Assembly (NCBI GenBank): GCA_020430445.1
Contig: JAGQJZ010000002.1
Span: 5,425 to 69,424, forward strand
DNA from: Nitrospina sp.
GTDB taxonomy: Bacteria > Nitrospinota > Nitrospinia > Nitrospinales > Nitrospinaceae
Reading direction: 5' to 3'
Length of the DNA stretch: 64,000 nucleotides
This document shows, piece after piece, positions 9,119 to 18,400 of the stretch. How positions within the stretch are numbered: the stretch's first letter is position 1; each line of letters starts with the position of its first letter. The position numbers were made by a program, and so were the translations under genes. Below the pieces are notes generated by a model. The model was not told the origin of the DNA, ran no database searches, and saw only the letters and a program-made list of their open reading frames with translations.

Positions 9119-11821
9119 TTATTCATCAAACTCCATATGAACGACCGCCATGAGTTTCTCCAGTTGGAGGGGTTTCCTCAGATAATGCTTGAAACCGGCG
9201 ATCATGGCCCGGTCCACGTCTTTTTCATTCGCATTGGCACTGATGGCAACCACCGGTATGGATTTGGTCTCGCGAAAGAGACGCAATTCCCGCAGCGCCG
9301 CAACGCCGTCCATTCCAGGAAGATTGATGTCCATTAAAATCAGATTGGGGTTGTGGGCTCTGGCCAGTTCGATGCCCAGGTTGGCTTCGTGCGCGATCAT
9401 CAGGCGGTATCCGTTTTCAGGCGTGAACACTTTCTTCATCAACCGTTGATTGGCCGGGTTGTCTTCCACACAGAGCACGGTAAAACGGGGTTTGCCATCC
9501 TCCACAAGCCCGTCGCCGGTATCCAGGACCCCGCTCACCTCGATTTCCGACGGCTGCACGGTCTGCATTTCTATGGTGAAACAACTGCCCTTTCCCGGCT
9601 CACTTTGCACGTAGATCTTCCCTTCCATCATTTCAATCATGCGGCGGGAAAGCGCCAGACCGATTCCCGTTCCCTCAATGCCCCGCTGGTCGGCTTCCAA
9701 CCGGTCGAAAGGCTTGAACAAACGCTTCTGAAGGTCAGGTGAAATACCCACCCCGGTATCCTTGATCGAGACGGTACCGGTCGCCCCCCCCCGCGCGCCA
9801 CAGGTGATCCAGACCTTGCCGTTCTCCCGGTTGTATTTGATCGCATTGGCAATAATATTCACCAGCGTCTGTTTCAACCGGACCCGGTCCGCGAAAAAGT
9901 AAATGGGTTCTTCATCAAATGAGGATTCATTGATGATCTCCACGGAGTTTTGCAACGCAACGGGAATCATGAATTCGCTGATCTCCTGGGCCAGGTCGCG
10001 GATATTGACCGCCTCCATGGAGAGAGTGATCTCCCCGGCTTCGATATCCGCAAGGTCCAGGATTTCATTGATCAGGAACAGCAGTCTTTCCCCGGCTTTG
10101 ATGATCTCTTCAATGTTTTCCCGATGGTCGTCGGAAAGGGGGGCTCTCGGATCGTTGTTCATCAATTGGGCGAATCCGAGGATAGCGTTCATCGGGGTGC
10201 GCAATTCATGGCTCATCCGGGACATGAATTCGGATTTCACCTGGCTGGCCTCTTCCGCGGCCTCCTTGGCGGCCAGAAGTTCCTTTTCGTATTTTTTCTG
10301 CTCGCTGATATCGCGGAGAATCGCGCAATAGTTTTGGGTCGTGTCCACTTTGATTTCGCTGACACTCAGTTCCAGAGGAATCAAACCGCCGTCCTTGTGC
10401 CGTCCCGTCACTTCGCTCCGGACGCCGAGGACGTTGGAAATACCGTTGCCGAGAAATCGCTGAATATCGGCGTGACCTGCGGAATAGTGGGGCTCCGGCA
10501 TCAGCCTGTTCACATTGTCTCCGACCACCTCTTTTGCCGCATAACCGAAAACCCGCTCGGCGGCGGGGTTGAAATTCTGGATAGCGCCACTACTGTCTAT
10601 TGCGATGATGGGGTCCGAGGATTGTTTGACGACAGCCTGGTAATAGTGGTCCGAAAGATCGAGTGCGGATTCGACTTTTCTCTTTTTCAGAATCAGGTAA
10701 AAGGAGACAAGCAAAAACAGCAGCAGCCCGACCACCAGACCTGTGAAAATATCCCGCAGCACCAGAAAGGGGCCGTACGCCTCGCTGTAATCCACCTCCT
10801 TGGTGACGCCGAAACCCAGACGAGGCAACCAGGCCCAGGCTCCGACCACGGGCACTCCACGATAATCGTTATAACCTTCCACATTGAGCGACCGTTCGCC
10901 GCGAATTGCGGAGTTCGCCATCAACGTCAAGGGCCATTGGTCCGGAGGGGTGGAAGGCCGGTACCCTCCGGTCAAATTCCCTCCCGGATCACGGACGCCG
11001 ACTCTCAATATGGAAGAACTCCGCATGTCGTCGGGGATCATTCCAATCGTTCGCAGGTGACCATGAAACCGGGTGTCGGAAATCATGACGCCATCCTGGT
11101 CGAACGCATAGGCCTCTCCCGTCTGGTGCGTCCGGGCTCCTTTGAATATTTTGGAAAATTCCACTTCCGGCCGCAGACGCAATCCCAGGACACCCCGGTT
11201 TGTTCCGTTTTCATCCTTTATGGGGAAAGCGTGGAACATGGTCGGGCGCCGCTCCACCATCACCCCCGTAGCATCCGGCAATGGGATTTCCGCCCAAAAG
11301 GGCAACGAGAGAACCACTTCTCCGGTCATGGCGCGGCGAAAGAAATCCGACGCCTTCATCAATTCCCGTCCGCCTATGGCCCCGTCCAGAAGCGCGCCGA
11401 CCTGGTACCCGGTTTCGTCAAACACAACAAAACCGACATAATCGACCTGCTTGCACAGAGCGCCCAGATGACTGCGCAGCCAAGCCAACTCTTCCAGGGC
11501 TATCAATTCTTCACGCGTTTTCCTGCCCCGGGACGATTTTTCGATCAACGCCAACAGTTTTTCCTGGGTCCGGCTGTCCCGCACCATTAAACGTCCTATA
11601 TTTTCCAGTTGGTCTTCCCAGACTCGAACGAGTTCCAGGGTACTGTCCAGGGAAATGGTTAAATTGTCGGAAATGGAACTTTTCAATCGACTTTTCACCA
11701 CCTGAAGCATCATCAGACTCCCACCGAGCACAAGGAGGAGCAGGAGAAGAAACAGGCCACCGATCCTGAACGAGCTCACACCGGCAAACAAACCCTCTGG
11801 GCTTCTGTGGTTTTGGGCCAT
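9119..11821 (-). CDS. hybrid sensor histidine kinase (double-Cache-like periplasmic domain, PAS, HisKA, HATPase, REC)
   Basis: Two TM segments flank a roughly 310-aa periplasmic region (GEAYAFDQDGVMISD, YNDYRGVPVVGAW). PAS follows, then H-box SHELRTPMNAILGF, G-boxes DTGVGI/GTGIGL, and a C-terminal receiver (LMDINLPGMDG). ATG at 11819-11821; the track start is an adjacent TTG. Confidence 0.9.
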   Translation of the reverse strand: MAQNHRSPEGLFAGVSSFRIGGLFLLLLLLVLGGSLMMLQVVKSRLKSSISDNLTISLDSTLELVRVWEDQLENIGRLMVRDSRTQEKLLALIEKSSRGRKTREELIALEELAWLRSHLGALCKQVDYVGFVVFDETGYQVGALLDGAIGGRELMKASDFFRRAMTGEVVLSLPFWAEIPLPDATGVMVERRPTMFHAFPIKDENGTNRGVLGLRLRPEVEFSKIFKGARTHQTGEAYAFDQDGVMISDTRFHGHLRTIGMIPDDMRSSSILRVGVRDPGGNLTGGYRPSTPPDQWPLTLMANSAIRGERSLNVEGYNDYRGVPVVGAWAWLPRLGFGVTKEVDYSEAYGPFLVLRDIFTGLVVGLLLFLLVSFYLILKKRKVESALDLSDHYYQAVVKQSSDPIIAIDSSGAIQNFNPAAERVFGYAAKEVVGDNVNRLMPEPHYSAGHADIQRFLGNGISNVLGVRSEVTGRHKDGGLIPLELSVSEIKVDTTQNYCAILRDISEQKKYEKELLAAKEAAEEASQVKSEFMSRMSHELRTPMNAILGFAQLMNNDPRAPLSDDHRENIEEIIKAGERLLFLINEILDLADIEAGEITLSMEAVNIRDLAQEISEFMIPVALQNSVEIINESSFDEEPIYFFADRVRLKQTLVNIIANAIKYNRENGKVWITCGARGGATGTVSIKDTGVGISPDLQKRLFKPFDRLEADQRGIEGTGIGLALSRRMIEMMEGKIYVQSEPGKGSCFTIEMQTVQPSEIEVSGVLDTGDGLVEDGKPRFTVLCVEDNPANQRLMKKVFTPENGYRLMIAHEANLGIELARAHNPNLILMDINLPGMDGVAALRELRLFRETKSIPVVAISANANEKDVDRAMIAGFKHYLRKPLQLEKLMAVVHMEFDE

Positions 11822-12059
11822 CAACTTGCGGCTCCTTCCTTATAAGACCTTTGAAAAAGTCAGAAATAAAACAAAAGCGAGACGCTTTCCTCCGTCAGGC
11901 TCGGGGCAGGCCCTGCCTTGCCGCCCTCTGAATGACAACAAAACGCTGCAGGGCCATTTCGAAGCAAACGCAAGCTATCTCGTCTCAAAGGATTTTCCAG
12001 GTTATGCAAGGTCTCTTTCCGCTGACCTCAGTCCGGCGAACCCCACTGTCCTACGAAGG

Positions 12060-14075
12060 TCAACGGGGCGCCAGATCTTTGAGAAGACGGGTCAATTCAT
12101 TAAAGTCAATCGGTTTTGTGATGTAGCCGTCAAACCCGGAATCGAGCGCTTTCTCGCGATCCGATTTCATCGCGTTGGCGCTCAGGCCGATGACCGGGAT
12201 AGTGCACAGGTTCCCATCCTGCTTCAACAGCTTGCAGGCCTCGTAGCCGTTCATCCCGGGAAGGTTGATATCCATGAGGATGATGTCCGGCAAAACTTCA
12301 GCCGCCCGCTTCAGTCCCGACTCGGCGGAAGCGGAGGTTTCCAGCCGGACCTGGGGAGCCGATTCAAAAAACTTCTGCAGCAGTTTGAGGTTGGCCGGGT
12401 TGTCTTCCACATAAAGAAGGGTGAGCGTTTCTTCCAGTTGCGGCAGTTTTTCATTATTGGGCTTCTGCGATTCCGCGGCCAGTTCTTCCGCCTCCATGAT
12501 CTCCTCCGCATTCGGGCACATCGGCAGAGAAATTTCAAAACAACTGCCCTTTCCCAAAGTGCTGGTGACGGTAATCGAACCGTTCATGGCGGCAATCAGT
12601 TTCTTGGTGATGGAGAGCCCGATCCCCGTCCCCTCGATTTCCGAACCCTCGGCCCCTCCACGGTCGAAAGGCTCGAAAATATTTTCCAGATTCTCCGGAC
12701 TGATCCCGATGCCGGTATCGGAAATTGAAAACAGGATGCGGTCATTCGAAGTGGAGTCCGGTTCGCACTTTAGCTGCACCATGCCCTTGGGCTTGTTGTA
12801 CTTGATGCCGTTGGACATCAGGTTCAACAAGACCTGTTTGGCCCGCACGTTGTCCCCCAGGATGTAGGCCTCCTGTAAACAGTTATTGACAATTTCGATC
12901 CGGATATCGAGTTCCTGCGCTGTGTTCTGGATCAGGTCCCCCACCTCGCGAACCAGGTTCTTCACGCAAAGGGGCTCAATGGACAATGTGGTTTTTCCGG
13001 AATCGATTTTGGCCAGGTCCAGGATGTCGTTGATCAGGGACAGCAGGTGCTCGCCGGCCTTCTGAATCTGGAAGAGGCTTTCTTCCTGCGATTCCGACAG
13101 GGAGTCCTGCGAACACCGCATGATGAGGGTTGAAAATCCAATGATCGCATTCAACGGAGTCCTCAATTCATGGCTCATGCTTGCAAGAAAATCCGATTTC
13201 GCCTGATTGGCGCGCAATGCCTCTTCCTTCGCCCGGATCAGTTTGGTCTCGTACACCTGGCGCTGCGTGATATCGCGGACACTGGAGGTGAACAACGGCT
13301 TCCCGTCGATGGTGATCTTGCTGATTCCAATCTCGGCGGGGAAAAAGCGGCCGTCCTTGCGCCGGCACAGGACCCGTTGGCCGGACACCAGGTTGCGCTT
13401 GATGGAATCGGAAGATTCACTCTGCACCACTTCCTGGTAAATATTTCCGGAATCTTCATCCAGCAGTTTTGCAATGGGTTTTTCGACCACCTCGGCGAAC
13501 GTGTATTGAAACATTTTCTCGGCCGCCAGGTTGAAGGAATGGATCGCACCCTGGGAATCCGTCGTGACCACCCCGTCCTGGATATTGTTCAAAATTGAAT
13601 GGATGCGGATTTCGCTTTCGCTGAGTTTGGCTTTCGCCACCTGTAGCTTGCGGATCAACCGCTCCTGCATCGCCTGATGCTCGTAGAGCTTCAGGAAAAT
13701 ATTCACCTTGCTGATCAGAATATCCGGATCCAGCGGCTTGAACAGGTAATCCACCGCCCCATTCTGGTACCCCTGAAACACGTACTTCTGGTCCTTGTTG
13801 ATGGCGGTGACGAAAATGATCGGAGTGTTGGCGGATTGTTCATACTCGCGGATGTAGGTGGCGGTCTCAAAACCGTCCATCCCCTCCATCTGGACATCCA
13901 GCAGGATGAGGGCAAACCGGTGTCTCAGAATAAGCGACAGGGCTTCATTTCCCGAATTGGCGGAAATCAGATGCGCGTTCACGCGCCGCAATATTTTCTC
14001 AAGCGCGAAAAGGTTTTCCTGCCGGTCATCCACCATCAGGATGTAGGGTTTAAGACTTTCCTGAGCCATTTCCAT
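12060..14075 (-). CDS. hybrid histidine kinase REC-PAS-HisKA-HATPase-REC
   Basis: N-terminal receiver (ILMVDD...ILLDVQMEGMDG...FKPLD), PAS, H-box SHELRTPLNAIIGF, DTGIGI/GTGIGL, C-terminal receiver (ILMDINLPGMNG). ATG at 14073-14075 has GGAG 7 nt upstream and overlaps the cheB 3' end by 26 nt. The track start at 14138 is a TTG. Confidence 0.88.
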   Translation of the reverse strand: MEMAQESLKPYILMVDDRQENLFALEKILRRVNAHLISANSGNEALSLILRHRFALILLDVQMEGMDGFETATYIREYEQSANTPIIFVTAINKDQKYVFQGYQNGAVDYLFKPLDPDILISKVNIFLKLYEHQAMQERLIRKLQVAKAKLSESEIRIHSILNNIQDGVVTTDSQGAIHSFNLAAEKMFQYTFAEVVEKPIAKLLDEDSGNIYQEVVQSESSDSIKRNLVSGQRVLCRRKDGRFFPAEIGISKITIDGKPLFTSSVRDITQRQVYETKLIRAKEEALRANQAKSDFLASMSHELRTPLNAIIGFSTLIMRCSQDSLSESQEESLFQIQKAGEHLLSLINDILDLAKIDSGKTTLSIEPLCVKNLVREVGDLIQNTAQELDIRIEIVNNCLQEAYILGDNVRAKQVLLNLMSNGIKYNKPKGMVQLKCEPDSTSNDRILFSISDTGIGISPENLENIFEPFDRGGAEGSEIEGTGIGLSITKKLIAAMNGSITVTSTLGKGSCFEISLPMCPNAEEIMEAEELAAESQKPNNEKLPQLEETLTLLYVEDNPANLKLLQKFFESAPQVRLETSASAESGLKRAAEVLPDIILMDINLPGMNGYEACKLLKQDGNLCTIPVIGLSANAMKSDREKALDSGFDGYITKPIDFNELTRLLKDLAPR

Positions 14076-14661
14076 GACAAGACTCCGAATACGTTGAAAC
14101 TTGCAGGAGCAAGGGAGCCAGAGACTCCGGTTGAACAATATGATTCGCCTGCACGGCCTGCAGGGCCGCGGCAGGCATGAACGAGGCCTCGGCGGTGGAC
14201 GGATCCTGCACGATGGTGAGGCCGCCCGCCTCCCCGATTCTTTTCATCCCCAGGGCGCCGTCCGAATTGGCGCCCGTCAACAACACGCCCACCAGAGCTC
14301 TCCCCAGAGCGGCGGAAGCACTTTCAAAAAAAACGTCAATGGACGGCCGGCTGTAATTCACCGGCGGATCGACCATCAAACCGAACGAAGCATCCCGCTC
14401 CAGAAGGAGGTGGTAGTTTCCCGGCGCCAGGTAAACATGGCCGGCAGCAGGAACGCATTTTTCTTCCGCTTCCTCCACCGTGAGCGCTGAGTTCGTATTC
14501 AACATTTCGGCGATCATTCCGTACGATTGTTTCCAAACATGCATCACAACGACCAAGGGTATCGGGAAACCCGCCGGCAGATCCTTCAGCAGGGCCCGGA
14601 CAATTCGGAAACTCCCTGCGGAGCCTCCGATGGCGATGAGTTCATAGAATGGCTTGTCCAT
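14050..14661 (-). CDS. cheB: CheB-type protein-glutamate methylesterase, catalytic domain only (no receiver)
   Basis: 203 aa. IAIGGSAGS (Ser), VVVMHVW (His) and LTGANSDG (Asp) match the CheB catalytic-domain layout. No REC domain precedes it. Confidence 0.85.
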   Translation of the reverse strand: MDKPFYELIAIGGSAGSFRIVRALLKDLPAGFPIPLVVVMHVWKQSYGMIAEMLNTNSALTVEEAEEKCVPAAGHVYLAPGNYHLLLERDASFGLMVDPPVNYSRPSIDVFFESASAALGRALVGVLLTGANSDGALGMKRIGEAGGLTIVQDPSTAEASFMPAAALQAVQANHIVQPESLAPLLLQVSTYSESCHGNGSGKS

Positions 14662-15490
14662 TGGTGTTCGAAATTTTCCGGAATATTTTTTCTTTCTTGA
14701 ACAACAGATCGAATTCGTCCGCCACGTCCGAAAACTTGACCGTCTCCTTCGTGCCGAGACATAAAAACCCCAGCGGACTCAGGCTGTCGCGAAAAAGGTG
14801 AAACACCCGGTTCTGGAGCATCTTGTCGAAATAGATGAGAACATTGCGGCAAATGATGACGTTCATCTCCCCAAACACCCCGTCCGAAGCCAGGTTATGG
14901 GTCGAGAACACAATGTTCTTTTTCAGTTGATCGCTGAGTTTGAAGAATCCGTACTTTTCCTTACAGTAGTCGCCCAGCCTGGATTTTGCCCCGGTAGCTT
15001 GATAATTGGCTTCGAAATGCTTGAAATCTTCCATCGAATAAATCCCTTTCTGCGCAATATCCAGCGAGAGGGCGTTGAAATCGGTTGCGTAGATGACACT
15101 GCGATCAAGAAACGACTCTTCCTGCAGGATGATGGCAAGGGAATACACTTCCTCCCCGGTGGAACAGCCAGCATGCCATATCTTGACGAACGGGTAAGTC
15201 TTCATCACCGGGATCACTTTTTCCCGGAACGTCAGGAAAAACTCCGGGTCGCGAAACATTTCCGTGACCCCCACCGACATGTTCAGCAGGAAACTGTTGA
15301 ACGCTTCCTTGTTGTTCAACAGTTCGGGGATCAGGTCGGAAAAACGCTCCACATTCAATTTTTCCCGGCAAATCCCGATCCTCCTTTTGACCGAAGCCCG
15401 GCTGTAATTCCGGAAATCGACCCCGTAGCGCCGGAAAATCCCCTCCAGAAGCAGTTCTATTTCCAGTTCCTCGACATCACCCGGGCTCAT
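14642..15490 (-). CDS. cheR: CheR-type protein-glutamate O-methyltransferase
   Basis: 282 aa. CheR N-helical region, then the SAM motif IWHAGCSTGEEVYSLAI. ATGA overlap with the upstream kinase stop and 20-nt overlap with cheB. Confidence 0.9.
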   Translation of the reverse strand: MSPGDVEELEIELLLEGIFRRYGVDFRNYSRASVKRRIGICREKLNVERFSDLIPELLNNKEAFNSFLLNMSVGVTEMFRDPEFFLTFREKVIPVMKTYPFVKIWHAGCSTGEEVYSLAIILQEESFLDRSVIYATDFNALSLDIAQKGIYSMEDFKHFEANYQATGAKSRLGDYCKEKYGFFKLSDQLKKNIVFSTHNLASDGVFGEMNVIICRNVLIYFDKMLQNRVFHLFRDSLSPLGFLCLGTKETVKFSDVADEFDLLFKKEKIFRKISNTNGQAIL

Positions 15491-18400
15491 TTCTCCTCCA
15501 GCAACAGAACCCGCATCAGGGTCAGCAACATGTCCACTTCAACCGGTTTCGGCAGATAATCGTTGGCGCCTTTCTCGAGGCATTTGGCGCGGTCCTCCGG
15601 CATGGCCTTGGCCGTCAGGGCGATGATCGGCAGTTCCTGGAACCGGCCCTGTTCCCGTATTTTCTCGATCGCTTCAAACCCGTCCATCACCGGCATCATG
15701 ATGTCCATCAGAACCAGGTCGATATCCGGTTGCTCCTCCAGTTTTTCCAGGGCCATCTGTCCGTTGTCGGCAATCACAACCTTCAATCCGTTTTTCTTTA
15801 GAATCTTGGAAAGAGCGAAGGTATTGCGCAGGTCGTCGTCGACGATCAGAATGTTCCGGTCCCGCAACGGGTTCTGCTCGTTGGTCTGGCGGTTGCGAAT
15901 TTCCTTTTGCTCGCCCGTCATCTTGGTCTCAACGCTGTGCAGAAACAGCGTGACCTCATCCAGCAACCGCTCCGGGGAGTTGGCTCCCTTCAGGACAATG
16001 CTCCGCGAATACTTCTGCAACTCCTGGTTTTCTCCCTGGCTGAGTTCCTTGCCGGTGTAAATGATGATGGGAGGCAGCACCAGGCCTTCCACCTTTTCCA
16101 GTTCCTGCAACAATTCAAAGCCGGTTATGTCCGGCAGGCGAAGGTCGAGAATGACGCAGTCGAAGCGCGAGTTTTTCAACGCCTGCATGGCCTGTTCACC
16201 GGTCGACACGGACCGCGTTTCCACGCATTCCGAATCGATCAACCGCTCGATGGCCCGCTGGTTCCCCGGATCGTCTTCGATGATGAGGACCTGCTTGACC
16301 TTGGCGTTAACGAGAGCCTCGATTTCAGACAGGGTTTCCTTCAAGGCTTCCTCGGTCGTCGGTTTCAACAAGAACCCCATCGCCCCCTTCTCAAGCAGGT
16401 CCACTTTTTCATCCCTTCCGGAGATCACATGGACCGGGATGTGGCGGGTCGACGGGTTGTATTTCAACTGTTCCAGCACATTGGCCCCGTCCAGGTCGGG
16501 AAGGCCCAGGTCCAGCAAAATCGCATCGGGTTTATAGGCCAGGGCCAATTGCAGCCCCCCTTTTCCCGTCCCGGCGGCCAGGGCCTTGAAACGGCGCTTG
16601 CGCGTGATCTTCGTCAAAACCCCGGCGAAGGTCTTGTCGTCCTCGATGACCAGAATCGTCCGGTCGCCGGGTTTGATTTCATTCCGGTCGTCGGGAATGA
16701 ATTCTTCAAGGAAATTGTTGTCCAGCTTGCCTTCAAAGGATTCCGCCATATCTCCCACGGCAGCGGTCTGCGCCTCCACATCCGGCCCGGATACGGCGGT
16801 GACTGCCTGCGGCTCTTCGGAGGTTTCCTGGTAGACCGAAGGGATGCAAAGCGCAAAATGGCTTCCCTTGCCCTTTTCACTTTCGAAATTCAAATCCCCC
16901 CCGATCAACACCGCCAGTTGCCTAGAAATGGTCAGGCCCAGTCCCGTGCCGCCGTATTTTCTGCTGGTGGACCCGTCCTCCTGCTTGAACGCTTCGAAAA
17001 TTCCACTCTGGTTTTCCCGGGAAATGCCCACACCGGTGTCTTCCACGGAAAAGACGATGTTTCCCGGGGCTCTGAGATCGGGTTTTTGAATGATCGACAG
17101 CGAAGCCGGATCGGACACGCGCAGCGTCACCGAACCCTTCTCGGTGAACTTGAATGCATTCGACAGAAGGTTTTTCAGGATCTGCTTGACCCGCTGGCAA
17201 TCCGTTTTGAGCGACCGGGGATGGCCGCCGTTGAGGTCGATGTTGAACTGGACTCCCTTTTCACGCGCCACCGGTTCAAACAGACCCCGGATCTCTCTCA
17301 GCAGGTCCTCGACATTCTCCTCATAAACACTGACCTGCATCTTCCCGGCCTCGATCTTGGAAAGGTCGAGGATATCGTTGATCAATTCCAGCAGGTCCCG
17401 GCCGCCCTGGTGGATCACCTTCAGCGACTCCACCTGATCCCGGTTGAGGTTTTCATTGTCGTTGTCCAGAAGGTCCTTCGACAGGATGAGCAGGCTGTTG
17501 AGCGGGGTCCTCAATTCATGCGACATGTTGGCCAGAAATTCGGACTTGTACTTGCTGGCGGTTTCCAGATCCCGGGCCTTGTCCTCAAGCATCCGGTTGA
17601 ACACTTCAATCTGCTTGCCTTTTTCCTGAACCTCACGGTTTTTCTCTTCCAGAAAAGAGGTTTTCTCTTCCAGTTCCTCGTTTTGCGCCTGCAATTCCTC
17701 GCTCTGGTTTTTCAATTCTTCTTCATTTTGTTTCAGAATCTCGGCCTTCTCCTCCAGTTCCTCGTTCGTCACCCGCAACTCTTCCGACTGGACCTGGATC
17801 TGCTGATTCAGCTCCTGCGCTTCCTTCAACAGGGTTTCCGTCTTGATACGCCCCTCAATGCTTTCGACCACCACGCCCAGAGTGGTCGAAATTTCTTCCA
17901 TCAGGTTCCGGCACTGTGCGGAAAACGGTTCGAATGATCCGATTTCGATCACCCCTTTGACCTGGTTTTCAAATATCATCGGAGTCACCAGGATATTCCG
18001 CGGGCTGGCCTCGCCCAGTCCAGACCGGACCTGCACATAGTCTTCCGGCACACTGGTGATCTCGATCGATTTCTGTTCCAGCGCGCATTGGCCCACCAGC
18101 CCTTCCCCGACATTGTAGGTGTCGGACAAATGCTTCCTCCGGGTATGGGCGTAGGATCCCAGCAAAGACAAAGACTGGTTGCCGTTGTTTGACGCCCCGT
18201 AAAAAAGGCCCAACTGGCCGCCCAGTTTCGGCGTCACATCCTGGATCAGGGTGCGGGCAAACGCTTCCAGGCTGTTCAACCCCTGCAGTTTTCCCGTGAT
18301 TGCGGACAGGTTGGATTTGACCCAGTTGGATTCCGAGATTTTGCGGGTTTCTTCCTTCAGGCCCTCTGTCAGCGATTTGAGATTGGACTGCATTTTGCGC

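Noticed and set aside
15907-17937. Very long plus-strand ORFs antisense to real genes. Examples are 15907-17937 (676 aa), 38835-41009 (724 aa), 19772-21751 (659 aa), 9950-11590, 3254-4609, 24154-25413 and 200-1228.
   Set aside because: - They lie exactly opposite minus-strand genes that carry clear family motifs.
- Their translations are Arg/Gly/Pro/His-rich low-information sequence, typical of stop-codon-poor shadow frames in GC-rich DNA.
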